64,000 nt of DNA from Promethearchaeota archaeon (GCA_016840085.1 JAEOTA010000081.1:192001-256000); one strand, 5' to 3'; shown: positions 10,293 through 21,771, counted from the first letter of the stretch. Made by a program: numbers and translations. The notes: generated by a model from the sequence alone, not told the origin.

Positions 10293-11219
10293 CTAATTTA
10301 ATTTTTCACTTATTAGATCGTATGGATATAAATTATTTTCCATTAATTCCTCTTTTGTTGAATATATTGTAATATTTAGTTTAGCCAAATCCATTAAAAC
10401 TTCAATAAATCTTCTGGCATTTACCCACCAAGATGTAGCTTCTCCAATTTTACCAACTTTTAATATCCCTAACCTTTTATAGATTTCCCAAAAATAATTA
10501 CGAATAAAAGTACTATCTTTTTTATCTATTCTAGTTTTAGCTACTTCAGGATCCAATGGATTTACATCAACATTGATGTATTTATCATCACCAATCTTAC
10601 ATTTTAATTTAAAAATTTTATCCACTTTAGTTTTAATTGGGAAATCTTCACCCATAATATCTTCTATATAATGATACTGAGTTGTTGGCCCTAGAGTTAT
10701 CCCAATTCCTAAGATTTTCCCGTTTAATTTAATTAATTTTCCCCAAGGAGAATTTTCACCAAAAGTTTTATCTCCAATATGATGTGTTTCTGTTAATTCC
10801 TTGGCATATTTACCTATTGCTGAAATCGAATGAGTAGGATGAATACTACGAAAAACTTCTCTTAATTTTAAAAATTCTGATGGAATTGCTCCCATTGCTG
10901 TTTTTTTTGATGTATAATCAAAAATATAATTCTTAATATTACATGTATTATACATACTACCTCTTCTTGGATACGTTGGCACCAATAGAGTCCCTTCTTG
11001 TTTTACAGCATAAAGAAGCGCTTCAATGACAGTTTTAGCACCCCCTATAATATAACCAATGCTTTTCAATGAACTATGAATTAAAATAACATCTCCACGC
11101 TCAATTCCAAGATTTTTCAAGTCATTTTTAAGAGTATTTCCATTTAAATGAATTCTACTTCTTCTTAATTTAAATTGGTTTAGTTGTTTCTTTCCAAGTT
11201 TTTTTATTTTTCTTATCAA
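10293..11219 (-). CDS. AAC(3)/YokD-family N-acetyltransferase
   Basis: LGIERGDVILIHSSLKSIG, GTLLVPT, RSIHPTHS, FGENSPW, HYIE. Confidence 0.88.
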   Translation of the reverse strand: MIRKIKKLGKKQLNQFKLRRSRIHLNGNTLKNDLKNLGIERGDVILIHSSLKSIGYIIGGAKTVIEALLYAVKQEGTLLVPTYPRRGSMYNTCNIKNYIFDYTSKKTAMGAIPSEFLKLREVFRSIHPTHSISAIGKYAKELTETHHIGDKTFGENSPWGKLIKLNGKILGIGITLGPTTQYHYIEDIMGEDFPIKTKVDKIFKLKCKIGDDKYINVDVNPLDPEVAKTRIDKKDSTFIRNYFWEIYKRLGILKVGKIGEATSWWVNARRFIEVLMDLAKLNITIYSTKEELMENNLYPYDLISEKLN

Positions 11220-11629
11220 AATATCACAGTTAATTTGGGTTTTAACGATATCTAATTTGTAATATCTTTTCTTAAATAAATTAATTAATATATTTAATAT
11301 CTGAATATTGGCTATCTTGACTTATTAAATAAACGCTTAAATTAGATTGTGTTTTCTGTAAATTTCTTCTGGAATTAACGATCTAATTAATTTATAATTA
11401 TATATTACAGATCAAACATACTATTTTATAAATTAATTATCTAATTTTTATTGCAAATCTTTCAATCTTTCTGTTTGAATTAAGCCTAACTAAACTTTGA
11501 AATATTAGGGAATGATCAGTAATTAAAGTGTTTAAAATAATCTTTAATTTTTATCTTAAGATAAATAATAAAAATATATTCTTATTTATTATATCTTTTA
11601 TTTAAATATACTGCTAGATAAAGATTAAA

Positions 11630-12499
11630 ATGAAAATCATTAACAATATTTTAAGAAAAATTCGAAATTTCTTCTATAAAAATTTGAAGAGAGGAATAGA
11701 ATTAAGAAAATTAGAAAATATCAATGATGACACATTAAATTCAGTTGTTAGAGCTTTAAAACATGTAATTAGTAATAAGATCTCTCAAGAGGAGAAATTT
11801 TGGGTTGATAAAATAGAAAATCTTCGAAGAAACTTACTTACATCTACTAATGAAATAACTATTGTAGATTATGGGGCTATTTCCCCCAATACTTGCTTAA
11901 CTGAAGTTGAAAAAGATAAAGGACGAATAATAAAGAAAACAATTGGGGTAGCAATAAAGGGCAGCGTCCCTTATACAGAAGGGATACTTTTATTTAAACT
12001 AGTAAAAGAATTTCAACCATCAACTTGTTTAGAACTTGGAACCGCTTTAGGAATTTCTTCATCATATCAATCAGCAGCTTTAGAATTAAATAATAGAGGA
12101 AGAATGGTTACAATAGAAGGAGCAAAGTCTGTCGCAGAACTAGCTAGAGAAAATCATAAAATTTTAGGTTTATCAAGAGTTATTTCCAAAATTGGCAAAT
12201 TCGAAAATGTCTTAGAAGAGATTATTAATGAGATTAAACCTGTAGATTTTGTTTTTATTGATGGTAATCATGAAGAAACCGCTACTTTAAATTACTTTAA
12301 CACTATAGCCCCATCACTCTCTGATTATGCTATACTTGTATTTGATGATTTAAGATGGTCAAAAGGTATGAAACGTGCATGGAAAGCATTAACTCAAGAT
12401 AATCGAATTAAATTTGCTATTGATTTAATTGGTATGGGTATATTAGTGATATCTAAATCTGAAAACAAAAAAAGAGTTTTCAAACTATTACTCAAATAA
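11630..12499 (+). CDS. Class I SAM-dependent methyltransferase (Methyltransf_24-like)
   Basis: LELGTALGISS, FVFIDGNH, VFDDLRWS. Confidence 0.88.
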   Translation: MKIINNILRKIRNFFYKNLKRGIELRKLENINDDTLNSVVRALKHVISNKISQEEKFWVDKIENLRRNLLTSTNEITIVDYGAISPNTCLTEVEKDKGRIIKKTIGVAIKGSVPYTEGILLFKLVKEFQPSTCLELGTALGISSSYQSAALELNNRGRMVTIEGAKSVAELARENHKILGLSRVISKIGKFENVLEEIINEIKPVDFVFIDGNHEETATLNYFNTIAPSLSDYAILVFDDLRWSKGMKRAWKALTQDNRIKFAIDLIGMGILVISKSENKKRVFKLLLK

Positions 12500-12576
12500 G
12501 ATATCTCTTGAAATGGCAAAAATTGTTATCCTTGTGAAAATCTTAATAAAAATTAATAGTAATTAATATTTATCGC

Positions 12577-13479
12577 ATGAATAAAGAAAAAGACTTCTAT
12601 TATTATATTTATAATAACAAAAATTATTATTATGGTCTTGAAGCCGAAAGAATTAATCAGATTTTAAAGAGAGTTCCTAGCAAAGGCAGTATTTTAGATG
12701 TTGGATGCGGTGATGGAAGACTGCTCAATAGAATAAATGCAAATTTTAAAATCGGCGTAGATTTTACTATTAAACCTTTATTCTATGTTAAAAATATGGT
12801 ATTCGCAGCAAATGCCAGTAATCTTCCTTTTTCTAATAATAGTTTTGACGTAGTAATATGTTCTGAAGTTCTAGAACACTTAGATAATCCAACCTATAGC
12901 AAAACTCTTCATGAAATATTGAGAGTCTCTTCTCGATATATATTAATATCTGTTCCCTATAAGGAAAATTTAAATCAAAGAACGGCAAAATGTAAAAATT
13001 GCAATCGTTTGTTTAATGCAAGCTTACACTATAGAGCTTTTGATGAGGGTATGTTTGATAATCTATTTCCAGATGCCATTATTATTTTAATTGAAAAATT
13101 TGGTTATAGAAAGTTTTTTCCTGACATTTTTAATAAAGTAAAGAGATTATCAGGTAATTATTTTATTAAAGATAATATAATATGTCCTTATTGTGGAAAT
13201 AAAAATCCCTGTAAAAAAAATAATTTAATAGGGAAGAGTTTAAATTTTTTATTAATCCTTGTAAAAAAATTTTTTTTCTTTTCTAATAAGAAAAAACCAA
13301 TTTGGATCCTTGTTATATTTGAAAAAAGAAGACATAAAGTTATTAAAAGTTATAAAATTGAAAATATATTGGTATGTCCTATATGTCACAAACGATTATC
13401 TTATAAAGATGATATTACAAGATGTAAAAATGGGCATAAATTTTATCATATCAATGAGATTTTAGATCTGAGAGTATAA
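12577..13479 (+). CDS. Class I SAM-dependent methyltransferase with Cys-rich knuckles and a Trm112-like C-terminus
   Basis: ILDVGCGDG, LPFSNNSFDVVICSEVLEH. CKNC, CPYC and LVCPICH...CKNGH..Y.I. Confidence 0.85.
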   Translation: MNKEKDFYYYIYNNKNYYYGLEAERINQILKRVPSKGSILDVGCGDGRLLNRINANFKIGVDFTIKPLFYVKNMVFAANASNLPFSNNSFDVVICSEVLEHLDNPTYSKTLHEILRVSSRYILISVPYKENLNQRTAKCKNCNRLFNASLHYRAFDEGMFDNLFPDAIIILIEKFGYRKFFPDIFNKVKRLSGNYFIKDNIICPYCGNKNPCKKNNLIGKSLNFLLILVKKFFFFSNKKKPIWILVIFEKRRHKVIKSYKIENILVCPICHKRLSYKDDITRCKNGHKFYHINEILDLRV

Positions 13480-13512
13480 TTCCTTGGATATAATCTATTT
13501 AAAACCCCTTTT

Positions 13513-15192
13513 TTAATCTCTTACTATTTTCTTCAAGATATTCATACATTTTCTAATAAAGATATGTAGCCCTGTACTTTTATCAAAAAAAGCTTCAATA
13601 TATTCAATATCTTTAGTTGTAAATACTCTAAAAATTATTATTAAACATAAAAATGTTAATATAAATAAACTTATCGAGATTAGGTTTAATTTACTGAAGA
13701 ATAATAGGTTTAAACTTTCAAGTATTAGAAGGTTTACTTTATTAAGTATTACAATTTCTAAAAGCCATACTACCCCTAAAGCTATAAAAAATGTTAAAAA
13801 CAATAATATTAATTTGATAACATTTAATTCAATTTTTCCAACTTTAATACTTAACACTACGGCAATAATTGAAATTATTAAATTACTCATAATAATACCA
13901 AAAATCCCCCATAATAATCCAAAATTTATTAGAAATGTCAAAAAGATTGGTACTCTTACTATAAAAGCAATAACCCTATAACTTAACATAACTTTCGTTT
14001 TTCCAATGGATAAGATCAATGCTTCAAAGGGCATTCCAATGCTTAAGAATATTAAGGTGAAAAGCATTAAATTAAGGATATTTGTATAGATTAAATAAGA
14101 TTGTCCATAAATAAAAGCCAAAAAGAATTCAGTACATAAGAATAATACTCCTGTTATTAATGTTAATAAAAATATCGAATATATTAGCACTAAATTATAT
14201 AATTTATTGATTTGATAATAATTATTTTTAGCACTTAATCCTGAAAAAGATATGAGCAATGGATTAGAAAAAGTTAGAGCAACACTGGAAGAAACGCCAA
14301 TATAATTTTTCGAAATATTAAAACCTGTCACTATCTCTGCTGAAGCAAATATTGCTATTGATTGAGTTTGGATCTCTGACCAAATATCAGTAAAAAACCT
14401 TCCCAATCTGATAGGTCCACCATAATTTAGAGTTTTACTAATAAAATCTTTCAAATCTTCATTTCTTTTTTCTGTATGTTGAATTTTAGTATATTTTATA
14501 ATCACAATTAAACAACTTAAAATGAATGGAAATAAAAATGATAAAAGATCGATATATGCCACAATTTCAATTTTAAGAGGATTAAAAAAATAGAAAGAAA
14601 ATATTAAAGCACTTATGTTAAAACAATATCTAATCAGTAATAATAAAAAAAGAACATTAAACATATTTAATCCTCTATAAATTGAAGCTAAAACATTATT
14701 TAAACTCAAAATTACTATAAGTGGAGACAAAATTATTAAAAGATTTGTATAATCTTTTATAGTAATTGTAAATATTTGGCTAAAAAAAAAAAATAAAACT
14801 AAACTGATGAGGAATAATGGACATGTAAATAATAATTTTAAGTAAATAGCTTTTTTTATGAAAAATTTTAAATTACTATATTCTTTTAAAGCCAAATATT
14901 GAGGAATATAATAATTTAAAGTAGCATCTAATCCAGGAGGCAAAAAACTCAAAAAAATATTGAAAATTGCAATATATGAAAGAGCTATAATTAACATACC
15001 CCATAACTCTTGAGTAATTAATCTTGCTAATAAGAAAGAAGTGACTAATGAGAGAAAAAAAGACCCATAAGAACTTAAAAATGAATAAAGTGAGTTTTTA
15101 GCTAGGATTCTATGAGTTTTTGTAATTTTTACTTTTTGGGCTTTATTATTGTCTATTGACATGTTTGAAAATTCATTAAACTCATTCATCAA
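13513..15192 (-). CDS. Oligosaccharide flippase (Wzx/MOP family)
   Basis: About 14 hydrophobic segments. LAKNSLYSF...LLARLIT..WG N-terminal signature. Located in a glycan locus. Confidence 0.85.
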   Translation of the reverse strand: MMNEFNEFSNMSIDNNKAQKVKITKTHRILAKNSLYSFLSSYGSFFLSLVTSFLLARLITQELWGMLIIALSYIAIFNIFLSFLPPGLDATLNYYIPQYLALKEYSNLKFFIKKAIYLKLLFTCPLFLISLVLFFFFSQIFTITIKDYTNLLIILSPLIVILSLNNVLASIYRGLNMFNVLFLLLLIRYCFNISALIFSFYFFNPLKIEIVAYIDLLSFLFPFILSCLIVIIKYTKIQHTEKRNEDLKDFISKTLNYGGPIRLGRFFTDIWSEIQTQSIAIFASAEIVTGFNISKNYIGVSSSVALTFSNPLLISFSGLSAKNNYYQINKLYNLVLIYSIFLLTLITGVLFLCTEFFLAFIYGQSYLIYTNILNLMLFTLIFLSIGMPFEALILSIGKTKVMLSYRVIAFIVRVPIFLTFLINFGLLWGIFGIIMSNLIISIIAVVLSIKVGKIELNVIKLILLFLTFFIALGVVWLLEIVILNKVNLLILESLNLLFFSKLNLISISLFILTFLCLIIIFRVFTTKDIEYIEAFFDKSTGLHIFIRKCMNILKKIVRD

Positions 15193-15277
15193 TATAAATT
15201 CAATTTAAAATAAAAATATTAAAAATAAATTATTAGTTTAACTATATTTTTTAAAAATTTAAAATTCAATTAATAAA

Positions 15278-16564
15278 ATGGAATTTAGTAATATCTCAAA
15301 ATTGCAACATGAATTTAGACCCACGATCTTACACTTATTGAATACTTCTCTTCCAAATTTGTCAGGATATTCAATTAGAACCCAAAATATTCTAAGACAT
15401 CTGAAGGATTATTGTTCCTTATACGCAATGACAGAACCAAGATTCCTTCCAAATAGAAATCCTGATCTTATAGATAATATTTTCTATTACCGTTATCCTC
15501 CTATTTCTGGGATTAATTACTTCTTTAATCCAACAATTCAAAAAATAATCAAAAAAGCCAAAATAAATAATTGGTATTATCAAACACTATTTAAAAATGC
15601 TTCATTAGTTTTAAGAAATTTCTTAAATACTTATCCTATAGACATAATACATATACATTCATCCTCATTTTATGGTAAATATGGGGGAAAAGTCGCTAAA
15701 GAATACAAGATTCCTTTTATTTATGAACTTCGAGGATTTCTAGAGGATACTCATGTGGGATTAGGTATTCTAAAAGAAAATTCTTTTATATATCATAGAA
15801 AACAAGAAAAAACCTATTCAATATTAAAAAAAGCAGATGTCATTATAACGCTTGGAGAACCTATGAAAAACGAATTAATATGCCACGGTTTTGATAAAAA
15901 TAAAATTATCATAATTCCAAATGGCGTAAATACTCAAAAATTTAAACCAATACCACCAAATTTACATCTAAAGAAAAATTTATCAATTGAAAATGATTAT
16001 ATTCTTGGATATATTGGTTCTATAAGAAGAATTGAAGGGATTGAGATTCTGCTAATGGCATTAAAATTAATAAAGAAGAAAATCAATAATATAAAACTAT
16101 TATTAATAGGACCTTATAATTATGATTATCTCCAAGATTTAATCACATTAACTGAAAAATTAAATATTAAAAAGAATATTTTAATTATCGGTAAAATTCC
16201 AAATTCAAGAATACAAGAATATTATTCAATACTAGATATATGTATTATTCCACGGTTAAATTTAAAAGTAAATCGTTTAGTAACTCCATTAAAACCATTA
16301 GAAGTTATGGCAATGGGAAAAGTCTTAATAACTAGTAATCTTCCAGCTCTAAGAGAACTTGTAAAACCGAAAATCTCTGGAATTTTATTTGAAGCTGAAA
16401 ATCATCAAGATTTATCAGAAAAAATACTTGAAGTTTTAAATGATGAGAATAAAAGGAACAATCTAGGAAAGAGTGCAAGACAATTTGTTGAAGACAATTA
16501 TGACTGGAAAATTATAATAAAGAAGTATTTTTCTATTTATCAAGAACTAATAAATAAAAGATAA
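15278..16564 (+). CDS. Glycosyltransferase family 4
   Basis: IIPNGVN, YIGSIRRIEG, PLKPLEVMAMGK. Confidence 0.92.
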   Translation: MEFSNISKLQHEFRPTILHLLNTSLPNLSGYSIRTQNILRHLKDYCSLYAMTEPRFLPNRNPDLIDNIFYYRYPPISGINYFFNPTIQKIIKKAKINNWYYQTLFKNASLVLRNFLNTYPIDIIHIHSSSFYGKYGGKVAKEYKIPFIYELRGFLEDTHVGLGILKENSFIYHRKQEKTYSILKKADVIITLGEPMKNELICHGFDKNKIIIIPNGVNTQKFKPIPPNLHLKKNLSIENDYILGYIGSIRRIEGIEILLMALKLIKKKINNIKLLLIGPYNYDYLQDLITLTEKLNIKKNILIIGKIPNSRIQEYYSILDICIIPRLNLKVNRLVTPLKPLEVMAMGKVLITSNLPALRELVKPKISGILFEAENHQDLSEKILEVLNDENKRNNLGKSARQFVEDNYDWKIIIKKYFSIYQELINKR

Positions 16565-16976
16565 AAAGTTAAATTTTACACTAAAATTTAAACCCAAATA
16601 AAAGAATTAAATTTCCTCGGGAATTCTCTTAATCTTTCTTAGAATTGATAGTAAAAATTGGAATAATCATTGAAAAATAAATTTTTTGATTAAAATTTTA
16701 TATAAAACATATTTTAGAAATAGAAATTTTAAGGAGTAAGATTAAATAAAGTTCTACTATTTTTAAATTTCTCATCCAGTTTATCTTTATCTTGACAAGA
16801 GTTTTCAAATAAAAAATTCACAAATTAAGTTGAATCATAATTACAATAAAATTTTTTTTACCTTTAATCTTTTTAATAGGATCATTAAATTTAAATTAGT
16901 TTTTTTAACTTCTAATATCAAAATTTTGATAAATTTATTCTAAAGGAATAAATATCATTCAGAATTATCTTTTTTT

Positions 16977-18188
16977 ATGGTTTTGCTAAACCAGATAAAA
17001 AATATAATAGATTTATTTTTAGATTTTATATTATCAATAGATTTCATTACTTTCCTTGTTATCTTTGTATTTTTATATAATTTATTAATCTATCTAATCA
17101 GAGATAAGATTTATATTAGAAGTTTTAAGCAATATAAAGATCCTAAAGTTGTAAGTATATCTGACTTAAAAGATTTACCTCTTGTAAATATTATTATCCC
17201 TGCTTGGAAAGAGGGAAAATTGTTTGAGGATTGTTTATTATCTATTACTAAGTTAAATTATCCATATTTAAAAGTCATTATAAGCGCAGGGGGTAATGAA
17301 GAAACAATTCAAATAGTTAATTCATTTAAAAAATTCAAAAATTTTATTATTTTAAAACAAAAACCTGGGGGAAAAATGAAGGCATTGAATGATTGTTTAA
17401 AATATGTATCTGAAGGAATTATCTATTCAATTGATGCTGATGTAATCTTGAATAATGAAATTCTAATAAGAATGCTTTATCCTTTAGTAAATATAAATCA
17501 ATATGTAACAGCAGGTAGTGTGAGACCTTTAAAATTTCAAGAAAATATCGATATTGTTAAATATATGCTTATAAATCGAAATACAAATTTTCGAATTAAA
17601 TTTTCAAGATTAGGAAGGGCTGATATATCTGGACCTAATAGTTGTTTCAAATATGAAGTTATTGAAAAAGTTGGTAATTTTTTGGATGATAAATTATTTC
17701 TTGCGTCAGATAGATTTAGAGGACCTCTAATATTCTCCAAAGGATATAAAATATATTGGTTAACTGATTATCGAGGAAAAATTTTTACTTACTTTCCTGA
17801 CTCATTAAAAAAATATTTCTTACAGGAATTTCGCTGGAGAATAAATTCATTAACAAATCCTTATATGAAAAAAAAGGTGAAAATTTATATTAAATTTTTA
17901 ATTTCTTTTTTAATTTCTCTGTATCTTTTAAGCTCTCCATTCTTCATTTTTTTTAATATAAATTTAGCCTTAATAGGTCTTATTATGTTATTAAGTAAAT
18001 ATTTAAAGAAACTAAGAAGAATTGTATTTTTTAAGAGAACAACTAATAAAAATTTTTATGAAAAATTTGGGCTCCTTTTTTTCTTAAAATTAGTGATTTT
18101 TATATATATAGATGAGATATTAACTTTTTATTTAGGTATTAATTTGTTAATTACTCGAAATAAGCAACCCAAAATAAAGATAAAATAA
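16977..18188 (+). CDS. Membrane glycosyltransferase family 2
   Basis: PLVNIIIPAWKE, GKMKALN, IDAD (DxD), QEFRW (QxxRW), N- and C-terminal TM helices. Confidence 0.88.
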   Translation: MVLLNQIKNIIDLFLDFILSIDFITFLVIFVFLYNLLIYLIRDKIYIRSFKQYKDPKVVSISDLKDLPLVNIIIPAWKEGKLFEDCLLSITKLNYPYLKVIISAGGNEETIQIVNSFKKFKNFIILKQKPGGKMKALNDCLKYVSEGIIYSIDADVILNNEILIRMLYPLVNINQYVTAGSVRPLKFQENIDIVKYMLINRNTNFRIKFSRLGRADISGPNSCFKYEVIEKVGNFLDDKLFLASDRFRGPLIFSKGYKIYWLTDYRGKIFTYFPDSLKKYFLQEFRWRINSLTNPYMKKKVKIYIKFLISFLISLYLLSSPFFIFFNINLALIGLIMLLSKYLKKLRRIVFFKRTTNKNFYEKFGLLFFLKLVIFIYIDEILTFYLGINLLITRNKQPKIKIK

Positions 18189-18278
18189 ATTTAGAATCCT
18201 TCTTAAAATCAATAATTATATAAAAAGCAAAAGTTATTTTGACTTTTATAATCTCTATAAATATAGGAAGATTTAACC

Positions 18279-19186
18279 TTATTGTTTGAATACTACATCA
18301 GTTGTATTAACCAAATCTCTAATATCAATTCGCTTTCTCTCATCAAGAGATAATGCGTTATAAGAATATTTTTTCATAAATATGTGTAAATCTTCTATTT
18401 TATATCCCAATAATGGATAAGCTTTAGGAGCAATTTCAACAATAATAGGTGGCAACTTTTCTTTATTATTCTCAAAATATGAAGCTAATCCTTTCAAAAC
18501 TGGAAATTCGAATCCTTCCACATCGATTTTTATAAGGGAAATCTTTTCAATATTCTTTTCAAATATATAATCGTTTAAACATTTAACTCTAACTTTAATA
18601 GTGTTTTCGATTTCATTTGTGTTCATAAATCCACGTACCATTGTATTCCAGCCCTTATTTTTTTATTTAAATCAATATTAGATATTCCTTCTGTTTCACC
18701 TAAAGCATAATTGTTTACAAATATTTGATGATTTTTATTTAAATGAGAGAATTCCAATAGTTTTTCGAAATATACAGGCACCGGCTCAAAACTGTGAACT
18801 TGTCCTTTTTTGCCAACAAGTCCTGTTCCAATAGCAGTTATATATCCTATGTGTGCTCCTACATCTATAAAAATATCTCCTTTTTTAAGATATTTTAATA
18901 AAACACTTACTAATCTTGTTGAATATAATCCTAAATATAAAACCCTCATTCTCGGATAATTTTCAAAGTTAAAGATATAAGTTATTCCATTAAGCTTCCT
19001 TTGAATCTAATTTAACTTTATTTTTGGGAATTCCTGAATTATTTAAGTAGAAAGAGATTTACAGATATTAATTAATTCTTTAAAATAATAAATTGGGTTT
19101 TGAATTAATATCGAAATTTGTTTAAAAAGTATTTTGCAATAATCGGGTAAATTTCTCAGATATTTTCTTCCTATCTTATTAATCAT
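18279..19186 (-). pseudogene. FkbM-family methyltransferase pseudogene
   Basis: ATG at 19186 is in frame with ORF 18623-18949 but interrupted by TAA (19043-19045) and TAG (19007-19009). A frameshift at the T7 run 18658-18664 separates FIDVGAHIG/HSFEP from LIKIDVEGFE. Confidence 0.85.
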
Positions 19187-19359
19187 TTCATATTTCTCAT
19201 CTGTAATTGGAAATTTAACTTATATTTCAATTATAATAATCATAGAGTCTTATATTTTACTATTTAAATAAAATAACAAAAATTTTTTTTGATTTTAAAT
19301 ATTTATTTGAATAAGAACTCTTTTATAGAATTAACTTATCCTTAATATGAGATTATAAG

Positions 19360-20592
19360 ATGAATTTAAAATCCCTACATAGAATATTAAATAAATATGA
19401 TTATTTTAAACAAAATAAACTCTATACAATTACAAGAAAAATTATTTTTCCCTTTATCTTAAAAGTAGTATCAAAACTCTTTCAAAGCAAGATAGATGAT
19501 AAATTAATTGTAATGAGCGCTTATGGAGGTTATGAATACTTAGATAATACAAAATACCTATTTGAATTTCTAAACAGATACTCAGACTATAAGTTAGTTT
19601 GGATTACAAGATCTCAAGAAGTACTAAATAAATTAAGAAAAAAGGGACATAAAGCGGTATATAATTATGATTTAGAGGCGATTCGTCTATTAAGAAAAGC
19701 TAAATTTATTTTTATTACTCATGGATATGTTGACATCTTACCTATAGAATTTTCTCCAGGAACTATTGTTATTTTTACTTGGCATGGAACCCCAATTAAA
19801 AAAATGGATGAATCTCCCATCTATGATAAATGGAGTGATTTTTTTCATTTAAAACTGAAATACGATCAATATGTAGATTATATGTTAACACCTACAAAAG
19901 ATAAAAGAGAACATAAAATTTTAAGCAAAGCATTTAAATTATCTCTTAAAAAAATTTTACCTCTTGGTTATCCTAAATTAGATCTTCTTTTTAATAAGGA
20001 TGAAAATTTTATTACAAATTTAAAAAAATCCTATCAAATTCCTGATAATATTGATAAAATAATTCTATATTGTCCTACTTATAGGCAAAATTTTACATTA
20101 AATTTTCCTTTTAAACCTGAACATTTAAAGAAATTAAATGATTTACTTGATAATACTAATTCTCTTTTTCTCATAAAGGCTCATATGTTTGTACAAAATA
20201 TAAAATTTAAAAATTATGGGAACATAAAAGTCGTTCCTAAAACGGCAAATATAGAAGAACTATACTTAATAACTGATATTCTCATAACAGACTATTCCTC
20301 AACAATGCTAGATTTCTCTTTACTAAATAGGCCAATTCTTTTATTTCCTTATGATTATGATGAATATTTAAAAGAAATTGGTTTATATTATAATTTAGAA
20401 GATATTGCTCCAGGACCGATTTTTTTTGATGTTGATAATTTAATAGAAAGTATAAAAAACATTTCCCAAATCGATAAGAATTACAAAGAAAAGAGAAAAA
20501 ATATTCGGGATCGTTTTAATAAATATGTCGATGGAAAATCAACGGAAAGATTATTAGACTTTTTAAAAATTGATTATCGCAGGGCTATTTAA
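19360..20592 (+). CDS. CDP-glycerol/ribitol glycerophosphotransferase (TagB/TagF family)
   Basis: DNTKYLF, TWHGTPIKK, GYPKLD, ILYCPTYR, LITDYSS..DF. Confidence 0.92.
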   Translation: MNLKSLHRILNKYDYFKQNKLYTITRKIIFPFILKVVSKLFQSKIDDKLIVMSAYGGYEYLDNTKYLFEFLNRYSDYKLVWITRSQEVLNKLRKKGHKAVYNYDLEAIRLLRKAKFIFITHGYVDILPIEFSPGTIVIFTWHGTPIKKMDESPIYDKWSDFFHLKLKYDQYVDYMLTPTKDKREHKILSKAFKLSLKKILPLGYPKLDLLFNKDENFITNLKKSYQIPDNIDKIILYCPTYRQNFTLNFPFKPEHLKKLNDLLDNTNSLFLIKAHMFVQNIKFKNYGNIKVVPKTANIEELYLITDILITDYSSTMLDFSLLNRPILLFPYDYDEYLKEIGLYYNLEDIAPGPIFFDVDNLIESIKNISQIDKNYKEKRKNIRDRFNKYVDGKSTERLLDFLKIDYRRAI

Positions 20593-20601
20593 AATTTTAT
20601 T

Positions 20602-21771
20602 TTAAGCAATTATATTAATAAAATTTCTAAACATTTCAATTTCTTTGGAAATTGAATATTTCTGCATAGCATATTCTTTTGCTAAATTTTGTAATTCTTT
20701 CACTTTTCTCGGGTTTTCTAACCATAATTTATATAATTCTTTAAATTTTTCTTTAAATTCTTCTTTATTTAAATTCTGAAGAAAAAACGCAAAATTTTTT
20801 CCTTTTAATATCTCAATTGAACCTACTGTCTTTGTACAAATAATTATCAATTTTGATGCTAGTGCTTCTATTATCACTCTACCAAATGGTTCCTTGCGAG
20901 AAGAGAATAAAAATATATCATTTTTTTTAATAGCTTCTGCTAATTCCTCCTGAGTTAGATATCCTAAAGAGCTAATAAAATTTGGAAATTTTTTTTCTAA
21001 TCTTTCAACCTCTGGTCTTAAAGGTCCAACACCTATTATTTCAAAAAATAGTTTGAGATCTTTATTTTGATTTAAGAACTCTTCAATTGCTTTTAATAAA
21101 ACACCAACTCCTTTGTGCATATCATCGAGAAAACCCATATAGACAAATTTTAAGACATCACTTCTCCTCTTCTCTTTATCATTATCATCAAACTTATCTA
21201 ATTCTAATCCTTCGATTAAGAAAACCACTTTTTTCTTCTCAAAAAAATTTTCAAGGTATTTTTTAGTATGAAGTGATATCGTATGATGATATACATTTTT
21301 TTTAATAAGAGAAAAAAATAATATAGAAATTCGATATGTCAGATTATAGATTGATATTTTTTTTTCACTATGTAAAGGTTTATGATATCCAATAATTAAT
21401 TTATTTCGAGGATTTAATATCTTAGTAAACAATAAAATCAGATTTATTTTAAAATTACCAGCACTGGTATAGATGATATCATTTTCTCTAACCTTCTTCA
21501 TTAATTTTATTACTGTCCGAGGATAAGGAAAATTAAATTTTTTATTCAAAATGTTAAGTTGAGCAAATTTCAATTGAGAATTTCTTTTTACTCCACGTAA
21601 TCTTTTTTCAATTTCTTCTTTCCATAAAAATTTCTTATTAAGTAGGATATTTGTATCTATCAGAGTTACTTTATAATAATCTTGTAATCCAGCAGCTAAT
21701 TCTATAAAAAAGATTTCGCCTCCTCTTCCGTTTTCCAAAGCAATTTTAGAGAAAACTAATATTTTTAACAT
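20602..21771 (-). CDS. Glycosyltransferase family 4
   Basis: GRGGE N-terminal motif, HKGV..L, SSRKEPFGRVIIEALAS. Confidence 0.9.
   Translation of the reverse strand: MLKILVFSKIALENGRGGEIFFIELAAGLQDYYKVTLIDTNILLNKKFLWKEEIEKRLRGVKRNSQLKFAQLNILNKKFNFPYPRTVIKLMKKVRENDIIYTSAGNFKINLILLFTKILNPRNKLIIGYHKPLHSEKKISIYNLTYRISILFFSLIKKNVYHHTISLHTKKYLENFFEKKKVVFLIEGLELDKFDDNDKEKRRSDVLKFVYMGFLDDMHKGVGVLLKAIEEFLNQNKDLKLFFEIIGVGPLRPEVERLEKKFPNFISSLGYLTQEELAEAIKKNDIFLFSSRKEPFGRVIIEALASKLIIICTKTVGSIEILKGKNFAFFLQNLNKEEFKEKFKELYKLWLENPRKVKELQNLAKEYAMQKYSISKEIEMFRNFINIIA

Noticed and set aside
10293-11219. Aminoglycoside resistance gene call
   Set aside because: Family membership only. The glycan-locus context favours another substrate.
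14782-14793. A12 run in the flippase as a phase-variation tract
   Set aside because: It is in frame, encodes poly-Phe in a TM helix, and long A/T runs are common in this sequence.
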